A stretch of 64,000 nt of DNA from Eledone cirrhosa (lineage: Eukaryota), in NCBI GenBank assembly GCA_964016885.1, contig OZ024741.1:279682001-279746000 (forward strand). The letters run 5' to 3'. The notes under the pieces were generated by a model, which worked only from the letters and a program-made list of their open reading frames with translations, searched no databases and had not been told where the DNA came from. Position 1 is the stretch's first letter; every line of letters begins with the position of its first letter. Shown piece after piece: positions 28,060 through 40,610 of the stretch. The position numbers and the translations under genes are program-made.

Positions 28060-29250
28060 TGTAAATGTGGTTGGTGTTAGGAAGGACATCCAGCCGTAGA
28101 AAACCTGCCAGATACAATCCTATACGAGTGAGACAAGGTCACCCAATCAATCTTGCCTCAAGTGGGACAATTCCCATCTAACCCATGCTAGTCTGGAAGA
28201 TAGATGTTAAACGATGATGATGAACAAACATGCAGGAGATACAATAGTAATACTTAGCAGAATCCACACCCCTACTCCTACTTTAATATCCCAATCACAC
28301 CTAAATATCCTAATTGATGTCAAACTCACTTATTTTCCCCTACCCCCCAGCCCTGATACATCACACCTGCCCAGCCCATGAAAGCTAGATACGTTTGATA
28401 TCTGACCTCCCACAATGATGTGTCATGACAAAAAGCACAAAGCCCACTTGTATGCTGATCTGACACCACAACAACAAAATTACCCAGTTCATCCTGTAAG
28501 GTGTTCATAATCGTGACACAAGAAAAAGCACTCAGTCCACACTGTAAAGTAGTTGAGCTGATGACATGAGAAAAAGCACTCAGTGCACGCTATAAGGTGG
28601 TTGTGCTGATGGCATGAGAACCTAGTCCATATTGTAAGGTGATTGTGTTGGTGGTATGACAAAAAGCACCTGCTGTAATGAGGTTGGTGTTAGGAAGGGC
28701 ATCCAGCTGTAGACACCAAGCCAAAATAGAGATCCGTATGAGCAAGATTTGGTCTTTGGACCTAACTATTCCCATTACATGACAAGCCGTCTAACCCATG
28801 CAAGCATGGAAAATAGATGTTAAACAATGATGATGATGATGATGATGAACTACATTTTCATGTATTGTTTCACATGCACTCACACACACATACATGTACT
28901 CATTGTAAGGCTAGACTTGTCAGATGACCTTGTTCTGCACATATGTCCCATATTTGGCTTGGTTTCTACAGCTGGATACCGTACCTAACACCAACCACTT
29001 TACAGAACTGACTGGGTGCATTTTATCAAGGCACCAGCACTATCTCATTTCATTGTGGACTGGGTGGGGTTTTTGTGGAACCAGCACAACCACTTTACAG
29101 AGTGGTCTGGATATGTTTTATCATGGCACCAGCTCTACCACATTACAGGGTGGACTAGGTGTGTTTTATTATGGCACCAGCAATACCACTTTACAGGGTG
29201 GACTGGGTGCATATTATCGTGGCCGTAGTATTACTGTGGGATCTGGGAGG
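28060..29250. mobile_element. Cluster of three RTE 3'UTR-only copies (28060-28223 +, ~28480-28847 +, ~28905-29250 -)
   Basis: GGTGTTAGGAAGG[G/A]CATCCAGC motif, AACCCATGC..GGAA..ATGTTAAAC(GAT)n ends and ~45-bp subrepeats. Confidence 0.8.
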
Positions 29251-29419
29251 TGAAATTTACTGTGAGATGTAAGGATGAAACTCAACTTTATTTAATGGAC
29301 CAGACAATATATGTGTGCAAGAGAGAAGACTGTGCTGGTATGGACATGTGATGCATATGGATAAGGATTGGTGGATGAAAAAGTGCCAGTAGTCTCCAGT
29401 GGAAGGAAGCTGCAACTAT

Positions 29420-29630
29420 TATCATCATCATGTTCCTGCAACTGGTGCACCCAGTCGTTGGAGTGTCACTCTAGACACTTTTACAGTCAGTCATAGCCAT
29501 TGGTCTCTATTTTCCCTTATGAATAGAAGGGTCTCGGTGTTGTGACCAGTCTAGTCTTTGATGTTATCAGACCAGGATTTTCTTTGTCTGCCTCTTCTTC
29601 ACTCTCTTTTGAATGTGCCCTGAAGGCTGT
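29420..29630 (-). mobile_element. 3' end of a different RTE (BovB-like) LINE
   Basis: Minus-strand translation LQGTFKRE*RRGRQRKSWSDNIKD*TG...RDQW; short (GAT)n tail. Confidence 0.65.
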
Positions 29631-30062
29631 TACACATTCCATACACGGAGCACAAAACAAACAGATTTGTCAGGCAGCAAGTTAACAAATATGCTGGTAG
29701 ACAGGAACCACTCCTTGCGATGGTGAAAAGACAAAAGCTTGCCTGGTATGGTCATATATCTTGCCACAGCTTCTTGCCTAAAACTATCCTTCAGGAAGCT
29801 GCAATAGAGGAAGGCAAATGAAGACCTGAGCAAATATCAAAATGCTGAACCTGACTGAGGAGATGAAGGAATGCATTAGATCAAGGGAAGCTGTGGAAAA
29901 GATCTGTCCAATCCTAAGTAAGTATAGAAGAACAGACGTTAAAAGATGACAAAGCACTTTAATGGGTTTATTTTTATTAGAGTTCAGGACTGAGATATCT
30001 TTTATGTTAGCCCAGTTGATCTTAGATTTGTATTTGTTGTAAGTAGATTAAATCCATGTTGA

Positions 30063-30310
30063 AATGGCAGCGTCATTAGAATATCAGAAAGCTTTGTTGT
30101 ACCCGTTTTAACTTTCAGCTCTCTGAGTTCAAATCGCACTGAAGCCAACTTTGCCTTTCATCCATTCAAGATTGATAAAAAAAATACCAGTCTAATATTA
30201 GGGTCGATTATTCCGCTATACCTCTTTCTCACTTCTATTCTCTATGCCTCTCTAGAAGAAATTTGCTGTACTCAGACCTGGAGAGGAGATGGGCTCTGCT
30301 AGGTATAAAA
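30063..30310 (+). mobile_element. tRNA-derived SINE, degraded
   Basis: CTGAGTTCAAATCGCACTGAAGCCAACTTTGCCTTTCATCC...GATAAAA..TACCAGT. Confidence 0.75.
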
Positions 30311-30910
30311 GAATACTCCAGAAACACTGCATGTCAATATGGTACCTCTGACATTCTATCAAACCATCACCACCTCCACCACCACCACCACTATACCACC
30401 AATACCACCACCACCGCCGCTGCCACCACCACCACCACCACTATACCACCAATACCACCACCACCACCACCACAGTGTTCATACATTATAATAATCACAG
30501 GCAAAATTTAGAAGAAGGACGAAATTGCAGTCTTATCGACATCATCAGAATGAATTTTCTCTTTCTTCTTTTATCTAATCTTGAGAAGATGATTTCATCG
30601 ATTTAACCGTGGTAACATCATCACTTCATCTCTAATCAACCATGCAAATAGTTTTTAGTTTTTATTTTATTAAATTATTTGCATTTCCATGGAATTATTA
30701 TGATAAGCGACACTGAAATACTATGTGTGTATGTGTGTGCGGGTGTAGTGTGTGTGTGTATGTGTGTGTGGGGGTATCTGTGAGTATTAATATGCATAGA
30801 GGCATATATATATATAAGTGTGTGTGTATTAACATGCAGAGAAGCATATATATATAGGTGTGTGTGTGTGTGTGTGTATTAACATACAGAGAAGTATATA
30901 TATATAATTA

Positions 30911-31250
30911 AGGCACATAGCTTAGTGGTTAGAGAGTTGGATTTACAATCGTGAGGTTGTGAGTTCAATATCCAGACTAGGCGATGATGTGTTATGTCCT
31001 TGAACAAGACACTTTATTTCACATTGCTCCAGTTCTCTGAGCTATAGTAATGAGTTGCAACATCGCTAGTACCAAGCTGTATCAGCCATTGCCTTTCCCT
31101 TGGGTGACATCAGCAGAATGGAGAGTGGCGACTGGTATGTATGGATGACTGCTGATCTTCCACATAACACTTTGTATGGTCTTTTGACTTGGAGGAGATC
31201 TTTCTAGGTGCAAAACTCATCATCATTCATGATCAAAGGGGGTTTTTACT
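30911..31250 (+). mobile_element. Second tRNA-derived SINE family with a CORE-like segment
   Basis: TAGCTTAGTGGTTAGAG (A-box), GAGTTCAATATCC (B-box), TGTCCTTGAACAAGACACTTTA (CORE-like); 3' boundary approximate. Confidence 0.7.
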
Positions 31251-34200
31251 GGTATGACCACCTTACAAGGGGGGCTGGGTACTTTTGATGTTGTGGCACC
31301 AGAACACCATACACAGTGGACTTAGTGCTATTTTTGTCATAGCAGCATCATGAGGGAGAAAATGTGGAGTGTATCCATCTTTTCATGCTTGTATGTATAG
31401 GTTGGACAAAAAATGTGTATCAGGGGTGAGGAAGGGGAAAGTGGGTGGGTGGGGAGAAAGATTGGTGCAGAATGATGTCCTCTACTTGTTTGTTTCATCC
31501 TATGTACATGGAAAGACAGGTCTTCAGCAGTACAGCATAACACCAGAGATCATGACCCTGTATCATCTATTTTGTGAGGTTTAAATATGCAAGGTCAGCT
31601 TTTATTACTTCATCCCAAGATTTCCTAGGTCTTCTTCTATAGTTTCCATCAACTTTGAGTGCTCTGCACATTTTATATAGTTGTCTCCACTATACATATC
31701 ACATGTCCATACCACCACAATCTCCTCTCCTGCACACAACATCTGATCCCTTTTATCTCCAGTTTCTCTCTCAGTTCATTGATGCTTTGCCAATCATGCA
31801 TGCTACTATTGCACATCCATCAAAGCATGCAAGCTTCATTTCTTTCCCATCTTTGTAGGTCAACTGCACACAATGCCCAGGTCTCACTTCCATGTAGTAT
31901 TGGTGTTTGTATACACACATCATACAATCTAGCTACAAAAGGGAAAAACCTTTTGTAGCTAGCAATGGTAGTAGCTCTTTGAACTTTTTTCCTCCTCTGG
32001 CTACTGTACTTTCAGAACACCCACTTCTAATTTGGTCACTCAGGTAACAGAAAGTATCAAGTACTTCTATGAACATTTAAAAGTGCTTGTTTCCTGGGAG
32101 ACTTGCTGCTTACTGTTCCTGTGAATTGAATACCGTATATACTCGCGTATATGTCGCACTTTTTTAACGATAAATAAGTATAAATTTTGGGGGTGCGACC
32201 TATCCGATCGTCATCAGACTGACCAATGATTTTTCATAGACTTAATCAACAATGGGTATTTATAAAAATAACTTTGTTAATATTTTTTATTATTTAACAT
32301 AATAATTTCATATATCTACCTTCTTATACATATATTTCTTGATTTTAAATTTTTTACTAAAACTTCGAAGTGTTTACGTTTTTTTCTATCTGACCGAACC
32401 ATCCGTCATTAAAATCCATAGAAATGTATACCCGGTATTTAAAATGTGATTTCATTGTCTTAGCGTTGCTATGAACACGTATTGTGAGCTATTTACTTTA
32501 ACAGGAAACAGATTATTGCATGTGGTGAATTTATTAAAAATGCAGATATAATCAATACAAAGTTTTAGTCTTTCTCTACATTCAAGGCAAATATTTTCAT
32601 TGAAAAAAATGTATAAAACCTTTTCACCAGTCAAAATAATATTTGCAATATACTCTTACACAATGTACAGTGTAAATTTACGTAACAGAATGTTCCCAAT
32701 ATATAAGTTCATTAACAGGTGTGAACATGTATTGGTGTTGTATCTTTCAATCACGTTGCTGTAATATTTTCAATGGTGTCCATCAGATCTTCGCTTTCAC
32801 CTTCAAAGTAACTATCATCGTCAGAAATAAATACGTCTGATTCATTTGAAGATAAATCACTAATATTATCTTGTATTTCTTTTTCATTTCGAATGTCGTC
32901 GCATGTAAAATCTTCAAAGTCGGTATTCGCTACTTTGGGAAGCCATGTTGATACGCAAAAATCTGTTATACTTTCAACGTTAAAAAACACGTGTTATTTC
33001 AAGTTGTTTCCCTATATTAAGAATTAATTTTCGTGCTTAAAGGCTTTATCTCGCAGTAATCTAGAATTGACGAGATTTCGATGACGTTAATGTTTATTTT
33101 ATAAATAAAACATGGTTTAGAGTATATATCACAACGGCGAAGTAATGGAAAGCTAACAGATTATTAGTTTCAATTATCATAAAAAATAGTAGTTTGACGG
33201 CCCAAATTTCAGTGCGACCTATCTGCGAGTCAATGGCAAATAGCCTATTTGTTAAATGAAAAGTGGGTATGCGACCTATCTGCCTGGGCGACCTATACGT
33301 GAGTATATACGGTACATGTAAAACCTGCATTCTTTGCTAGCCTGTCTGAGATCCCACTACTCTTGTGTATAAATAGTTTGCATTTGGGACATAGAAAGGA
33401 ATTTTTACCCACTCCTTTCCTACACACTGAGCAAAGCCATTTCTTTGAAGTGATCAGGACCCTGTTTTCCTTCATACAAACTAGGACTTTAGTTTTTGCC
33501 AAGTGATGCTTCCAGGTCTGGAATTTCTTTTCAAATTTTGTCACTGATTCGACTATGAGGGTTAGATCATCAGCAAATAGAAGTTGCTATGGACAGCCAG
33601 TCTTAAACTTTTCCATTATAGCTTACAGTGCAGAACGATAATAAACAGGGAAGGACTAAGAACAGAGCCCTGATGAACTCCCTATTTGCATGCTAATTTC
33701 TTCACTATAATCATTGTTAATTCTAACTGCTCTGATAGATCCTATGTTTTCAAAGAGCCCACCAGATTATGGAGCAGGGGACTCTGTCAAAAGTTTTCTC
33801 CAGATCAACAAATGCTAAGTAGAGAGGCTTACTTTTAGATAGGTACATCACCTGCATTTGCCTCATGAGGAAGAGGGCATTAATGGTAATTTTACCTGGT
33901 ACAAATCCTAACTGCATCTCATCTAGGTTGATTCAGTCCCTAATCAACTGTGCAATAACTCTTTCTGTAAATTTTGTGATCTAATCTGTCAATTTGATGC
34001 CTCTGTAGCTTCCTCTGTCTAACTGCATCTCCTTTGCCCTTGTAGCAGTTGATGATGCCAGTCATTGAATATAACATCATTTTGTATTACTTGGTTTACG
34101 ATATGGTGTGACCTACCATCTCATTTGCTTTCAGCTTCTTGGTAACTATTCCCGAAGGTTCAGCTGCTTTGCCTGTCTTCATATCATTGATTGCCTTACT

Positions 34201-34497
34201 ACGCCGCTGCTGACTTGTACAGCTGGTCCCTCTGTTGAGTCCACTTGGGGCAAACTATCTTTCTACCATACATTCTCCTCATTCAGTAGTCTTTCATAAT
34301 GGCACTTCCTTGCTACTTTCTTTTCAGCGTCAGTGAGGCAAGTGCATCATTATCATCTCAGACATACTTCCCCCAACAATATCTCAATTTTCCCTGGCAC
34401 ACCGTCTTGCAATCCTGAACACCTCATGTCTTTCATCCTCACATCACAAAACATGCTTACATTTTGTTATTTTCTGCTTCCTTCCTTGTAAAGTATA
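31250..34497 (-). mobile_element. Old, heavily degraded copy B of the PHD-RTE LINE, interrupted by a DNA transposon
   Basis: Minus-strand ORF 33293-33544 (KKFQTWK..KWLCSVCRKGVGKNSFLCPKC); RT and C-terminal remnants on both sides of 32133-33312. Confidence 0.88.
32133..33312. mobile_element. Non-autonomous Tc1/mariner-superfamily element with Tc2/pogo-like TIRs
   Basis: TA|CCGTATATACTCGCGTATA..GTCGC ... GCGACCTATACGTGAGTATATACGG|TA; TA target duplication; subterminal GTGCGACCTAT repeats; the LINE sequence resumes across it. Confidence 0.88.
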
Positions 34498-34674
34498 CAA
34501 AAAGACAGTTCTACATTTCCATACTTGGAAATGTAGAACTGTCTCTTCATATTTACACACACACACACACATATTTCTCCAAAATGACTGACTGAATACA
34601 CGTGCTTTTTCTCCAAAAAATGTTTTCTTTTCCTTCCTCTTCTCATTCTCTATCTTTCTATTTCATATTTAGGA

Positions 34675-34710
34675 TCTTCTGATGAAGGACTAGTGTCCAA
34701 AATATAAAGA
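34675..34710 (+). ncRNA. Degenerate hammerhead ribozyme motif
   Basis: TCTT-CTGATGA-AGGAC TAGT GTCC-aAAAtaTA-AAGA; the GAAAC.GTA half is altered by CpG-type transitions. Confidence 0.4.
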
Positions 34711-34807
34711 CTCTTTTCCTTCTGTACTATATCAAGCATTAAGCTGTACTGTGTTGTTTGCTTTGTTGTTTCCATTTACTTTTTGCACGCGCACACACAC
34801 ACACACA

Positions 34808-34862
<55 letters not shown>

Positions 34863-34863
<1 letters not shown>

Positions 34864-36753
34864 CATAAAATGGAGTTTCTACCTACGCCTTTCCTACACA
34901 CCGAGCACGACCATTTCCCAGAAGGGACCGCCGCCTTATTTTCTTTCCTACAAACTAGAACTTTAGTCTTAGCCAGGTTAATTTTAAGGCCTTTTGATTC
35001 TAGGCCGTGCTTCCATGTTTGGAATTTCTTCTCTAGCTCGGCCATTGATTCCGCTATGAGTGTCAGGTCGTCTGCGTATAGGAGTTCCCATGGGCAGCCG
35101 GTCTTGAACTCCTCTGTTATAGCCTGAAGGGCAATAATAAATAGTAGGGGGCTGAGAACAGAGCCCTGATGGACGCCAACTTTTACGCTAAACTCTTCAC
35201 TATATTCGTTGTTAATTCTAACCTTGCTGACTGTTTCTTTATACATGGCTTGTATAGCTCTCACAAGCCATTCGTCAACGCCTAGTTTTCTAAGAGCCCA
35301 CCAGATAATGGAGCGGGGGACTCTGTCGAAGGCTTTCTCTAAGTCGACAAAAGCTAAGTAGAGGGGTTTACCTTTAGCTAGGTACTTCTCCTGTAGTTGT
35401 CGTACAATGAAAAGAGCGTCTGTGGTACTTTTGCCTGACACAAACCCGAACTGCATTTCATCTAGGTCAATTCTCTCTCTGATGAATCAAAAGGCCTTAA
35501 AATTAACCTGGCTAAGACTAAAGTTCTAGTTTGTAGGAAAGAAAATAAGGCGGCGGTCCCTTCTGGGAAATGGTCGTGCTCGGTGTGTAGGAAAGGCGTA
35601 GGTAGAAACTCCATTTTATGTCCTAAATGCAAAGTATGGGTGCATAAAAGATGTAGTGGGATCACAGGTAAGCTAACTAAGAACATAGATTTTACATGTG
35701 GCCCGTGCTCTGGTGCAATAAGTAGCAGCAAGTGCCCACAAAATACTAGCTCTTTCAATTGCGCAGAGGGTTCTATAGAAATAGTGGACAGTTTCCGTTA
35801 CCTGGGTGATAAAATCAGCAGTGGGGGAGGGTGCTCTGAAAGTACAGTAGCTAGAGTCAGAACTGGTTGGAAAAAGTTCAGAGAGCTTATACCACTATTA
35901 GCTGCTAAAGGGTTCTCCCTAAAAATGAAAGCAGGTTGTACGATGCCTGCATACGAACAGCAATGTTGCATGGCAGTGAGACCTGGGCATTGTGTGCAGA
36001 GGATATACGCAGACTAGAGAGGAACGAAGCTTGCATGCTCCGCTGGATGTGTAACAGTCATATACGTGAACGGCAAAGCATAAACGAACTAAGGAAAAAA
36101 TTAGAAATAAGAGGGATCAGATGTTGTTTACTCGAGAGAAGGCTACGTTGGTATGGACACGTGATGCGCATGAAAGTCGATAGCTGTATAACAAAGTGCA
36201 GGGCAATAAAGATAGACGGTAGCCACGGAATAGGCAGACCTAGAAAAACCTGGGACGAGCTGATAAACTCCGACCTCACACACTTACACCTCTCCAAGAC
36301 AATGTCACTGGACCGAGACCTTTGGCGGTACTCAGTAACAGAGAAGACCCGCCTTACCTAAATACATAGTAAAACCTACTACAGCCAGGAGGCATCTCTA
36401 ACAAAATAAACCCCCCCCCCCATCCACGCCACCCCATCCACGCCACCCCGTTCTATGTAAAGTTGTGTTGGTGCCACACCATCCAGGCCGAAACAAATGA
36501 GATCGTGTAGGTGTCACGACAAAAAAACACACAGTCCACGCTGTAATGTGGCCGTGTAGGCAACACGGTAAAAACCTCCCAGACCCACACTGTAAATGTG
36601 GTTGGTGTTAGGAAGGGCATCCAACTGTAGAAAACCTGCCAGACAGTCCTATGCGAGCAAGACAATCACTCTTGCCTCAAGTGGGAATACCCCCGTCCAA
36701 ACCCATGCAAGAGTGGAACACGGACGTTAAACGTTGATGATGATGATGATGAT
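34863..36753 (+). mobile_element. PHD-RTE LINE copy C with 5' inversion (34863-35483 inverted, 35484-36753 sense)
   Basis: Minus ORF 34809-35456 (RT core), plus ORFs 35583-36361, (GAT)n tail, (TA)n flanks. Confidence 0.95.
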
Positions 36754-37414
36754 ACATATATATATACACACACACTACTATGTCAAGTGTTAAACTGTAC
36801 TGTGTTGTTTGCTTTGTTGTTTCAATTTACTTTTTGCATGTATATATATATATGTGTGTGTGTATACATGCAAGGAAAAGCGGATGTAAAATGATGATGA
36901 TGATGATGATATATATATATACACACATGCCTACATTGTTGCATGCATACACTGACACACACACCCAAGCACCCATCTACATACAACACATGCATAATCA
37001 AATAGTAAGAGATAATGGTATTGAGAAAGAGCTGAATATGTTAGCAACATCATGTAGATTATCGATCTTTATCTGCCCAATCACTGGAAATACCCTCCTG
37101 ACAAAAACACCAGATCAATAATTTGTAAACACTGTCTGTTTGAATACAAAAGGAAATTTTGAAGAGAATCTTCCTCGATTAAATTATTCAACATAAATTA
37201 TTTTTAAAAATCCTCCTGATTGCATTGTTAAGACTTTTACTGAGGTCACAAATATCTTGTGAAAAATCATGAACATCACAACTTCTCTTGCTCTGGGGAA
37301 AACCTCAAGTATACTGGTTATTTGAAAAATGTGTGTGTGTGTCTGTGTATCTGTATCTGTGTATGTGTGTCTGTCTATGTCTATGTGTGCGATTGTACAC
37401 ACACACACCACAAA

Positions 37415-37590
37415 TACATAGGAAGAAATCTTTTGTTGTCAACAGAAGGAGTATCTCTCCAAACTTCTTCCATCCTATACTTATTCTAGCAACAATGCGT
37501 TTAGAGCACTCTCCTCCACTGCTAATTAGGCTACCTACATAGTAGAAGCTATCACCCACTTCTATGGACCTCTTCATTTGATTGGTGAAG
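37415..37590 (-). mobile_element. Old internal fragment of the RTE family
   Basis: IEVGDSFYYVGSLISSGGECSKRIVARISIGWKKF. Confidence 0.8.
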
Positions 37591-38404
37591 GATCATATCT
37601 CTGCCCTCTCTTACTATCGATTAATCCTATACATCTATTACATAATTACATATGAAGTCTTTCTTTGCCAGATATCCCTCTATTATATATATGCTACCAT
37701 GGATTAGATGAGTTGTCCCATTTGAGACAAGTCAGGACAGATGGCCATGTTTTGCTCATGCAGAACTGTTTCTGACTTGGTTTCTACAACTTGGAAGACC
37801 TTTCTGATGCCAACCACATTTACAGTGTACCGGGTGCTTTTCATCGTGACACCAAAATGATCACTTTACAGTGTGAGCTGTGTGTATTGTACAATGAAAA
37901 TAAAACAAAAGTCAGAGATAGGTAGTTAATTAGTTCATTGTTTTATGATCATTTCAGAGGGTTGATAGATCGATATATTGACTAGCAGATAGTGGCTACG
38001 TTGCTACCTGTTTCTAGTCTTGAAATCCCTGATCAATCTCACTGTCTTCCTCGGAAACAGTAGATATCCAATCAGGCTATAAATTCTTATCAATGAAACT
38101 AGATAAAAGAAAATTTGTAGCAAACTCATCACATAAACACTAATAAAGAGATAATTTATAAACATCATTATTTATTGTGCTCTATCTTCCTGTCTTTCTT
38201 TATCTAACTTTCTTAATATGTATCCATTGCACAGAGAAATTCTCAATATTTTTCAAAATGCATCAGACACATGCACCTACACACATGTTCCAATATGCAC
38301 TGGAATGAATGTTATCGACCTTAATGTATTGAAACCGTAGTGATTTCCAAAGATTGACTGAGGAGATGGGACTGTCTGTCTTTCCATTGTTTAGCCTCCT
38401 ATTT

Positions 38405-38450
<46 letters not shown>

Positions 38451-38610
38451 TAAATTCAACGAGAATCGCATTCCGGCGGGTAGGAAAAGGGAAACGTAAC
38501 GCAAATTCAGAGTCATCCTGGCAAGCGCCAGCATGACTCTGAATATATATATGACTCTGAATATATATATATATATATAACTCTGAATATATATATATAT
38601 ATATATATAT

Positions 38611-39066
38611 CCTTGCACTGGAGAAACACCAGGACTCTGGCTTTACTATAGCACCGGCTCAGAGCAGGAGAGTTAAGGTGAAAAAGATATTGGATGCTGA
38701 ATTTGCTGACGACATAGTTTTGGTGACAAATACAGTGAAGGAGGCAGAGGATTTGATGCAGGAGGTTGAGACTGTGTCGATGAGTGTGGGGCTGAGAATG
38801 AATGAGACTAAAACAAAATATCTGGTAGAGAATGTTGAGAAGCCAGAGGGGATCACTAATCTAGGCGGGAAGCCGCTAGAATTGGTTGAGGACTTCCTGT
38901 ATTTGGGAGCAAAGATTGGGAATAAGGAAGATGATGTGGTTGAGAGGAAGAGCAAAGCCTGGGCGGCGTGCCACAGCTTGAGATCGGTGTGGAAGTCGGA
39001 CCTTCATAAAGACCTGAAAATCCGCTTCTTCATTGCTGTAGCGGAGTCTGTGCTGCTGTACGGTCT
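38611..39066 (+). mobile_element. RT fragment of a different non-LTR family (FADD, no PHD insert)
   Basis: ORF 38678-39091: DAEFADDIVL...GLRMNETKTKYL...LELVEDFLYLG...ESVLLYG. Confidence 0.88.
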
Positions 39067-39130
39067 GAGAATTGAACTCACAACCTTTTGATTGCAAGCC
39101 CAATGCTCTAACCACTAAGCCATGCACCTT
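39066..39130 (-). mobile_element. tRNA-like SINE head (same family as 30911)
   Basis: Reverse complement reads GCATGGCTTAGTGGTTAGAGCATTGGGCTTGCAATCAAAAGGTTGTGAGTTCAATTC. Confidence 0.7.
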
Positions 39131-39537
39131 CACATGATGATGATGATATATATATATATCTTACACCCACCACAGACACACATGCATTAGAGTTATATCT
39201 GTATATATATTAGTGATTCCCAACATGGGACGCACGTTCTACAGGGGGGCAATTTGAAAATGATATTAATGAGAACAAACTTCAGGCTTTACCTTATTAC
39301 TTTTACAACAAAGCAACTTTGGTGCACATTACTGTCAGAAACTTCTGTCTCACCCCTTCCACAAATGTTATTGTGCACCTATATGCTAATTTGTTTACAC
39401 AGTTGATTATTGCTGTTTTCATATCAAAGTGGGGCATTTTCATATCGGGAGTAGGATGCATAACAATTTTGAGATGTTGAGGTGGGGCATGGTATACCAA
39501 AGGTTGGGAACCACTGGTATATATAGAATATAGAGCT

Positions 39538-40155
39538 TATCATCATCATCATCACCACCGTTTAATGTCCATTTTTCCATGCTGGCAAGGGTTAGATGAG
39601 TTATCCTGTTGTGAGCAATGCTAAGTCAGGTGACCATGTTATGCTCATACAGAACCAATTTTGGCTTGGTTTCTACAGCTGGATACCCTTCCTAATGCCA
39701 ATCACATTTACAGTGAGTACTGAGTACTTTTTGTCGTGACACCTACACAACTACTTTACAGTGAGTACTGGGTGCTTTTTGTTGTGACACCTACATGACC
39801 ACTTTACAGTGTGGACTGGGTGCTTTTTGTCGTTACACCTACACTACCACATTTACAGTGTGGACTGGGTGCTTTTTTTAGTGACACCTACACAACTACT
39901 TTACAGTGAGTACTGGGTGCTTTTTGCCGTGACACCTACATACGGTGTGGACTGGGTGCTTTTCGTCATTACACCTACACTACCACATTTACAGTGTGGA
40001 CTGGATGCTTTTTGTAGTGACACCTACATGACCACTTTACAGTTTGGACTGGGGACTTCACTGGATGTATGTATGGGAGTGGATGGGGTGGTGTGGTGCA
40101 TATTATACATATGCTTCATCTTCAGCCTGTGCCCATGGGAAGTTGTGTGTAGCAA
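39538..40155 (-). mobile_element. RTE 3' end with an expanded ~46-bp minisatellite
   Basis: (CAT)n tail, conserved 3' motif, and ~7-8 tandem TTTACAGTG(TGG/AGT)ACTGGGTGCTTTTTGT.GTGACACCTACAC units. Confidence 0.85.
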
Positions 40156-40359
40156 AGTTTTATAAATCTGTAGGATTATTATGTAATATGTTCTTTCCAT
40201 TTTTAAGATGCTAGTGGAGTGATTTCAGGAAGATACGGCAGCTATTTCTAGCAGGTTCAATGATCCCATACAGGCTCCTTTGTTGAATTGTCTTGGCTGA
40301 AGTTTTGCTTAAATACTCTACTTCACATCTTTGTAATAATTTTATCATCATTATAAGGG

Positions 40360-40610
40360 GGATGACATATTGACAGCATTGCTAGAGCATCACATGAAAT
40401 ACATCACAAGATAAGTCGAATAAAAAGCCATAGCGGTATTTGATCTGGCCCTTAACATTCTGAGTTCAAATCATACTGATGTTAAATTTGCCTTTCATCT
40501 TTTTGGGGTCGATAAAATAAAGTATCAGTCAAGTATAGGGGTTGATTTAATCATCTTCCTCCTTCTCAAAATGTTGCTGGCCTTGTGTCTAAATTAGAAA
40601 TCAATATTTA
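40360..40610 (+). mobile_element. tRNA-derived SINE, degraded
   Basis: ACATTCTGAGTTCAAATC..TTTGCCTTTCATCTTTTTGGGGTCGATAAAATAAAGTATCAG..GCTGGCCTTGTG. Confidence 0.75.

Noticed and set aside
30911-30985. Functional tRNA genes (also 25664, 39066 and 58333)
   Set aside because: No complete cloverleaf; these are SINE heads or an LTR primer-binding site.
32205-32225. CTGATGA on the minus strand as a hammerhead
   Set aside because: No GAAA box or stems at a suitable distance; it lies in a DNA transposon subterminal region.
34727-36838. 60-bp direct repeats as the TSD of LINE copy C
   Set aside because: They differ at several positions while the LINE's own duplicated arms look identical, so they predate the insertion.
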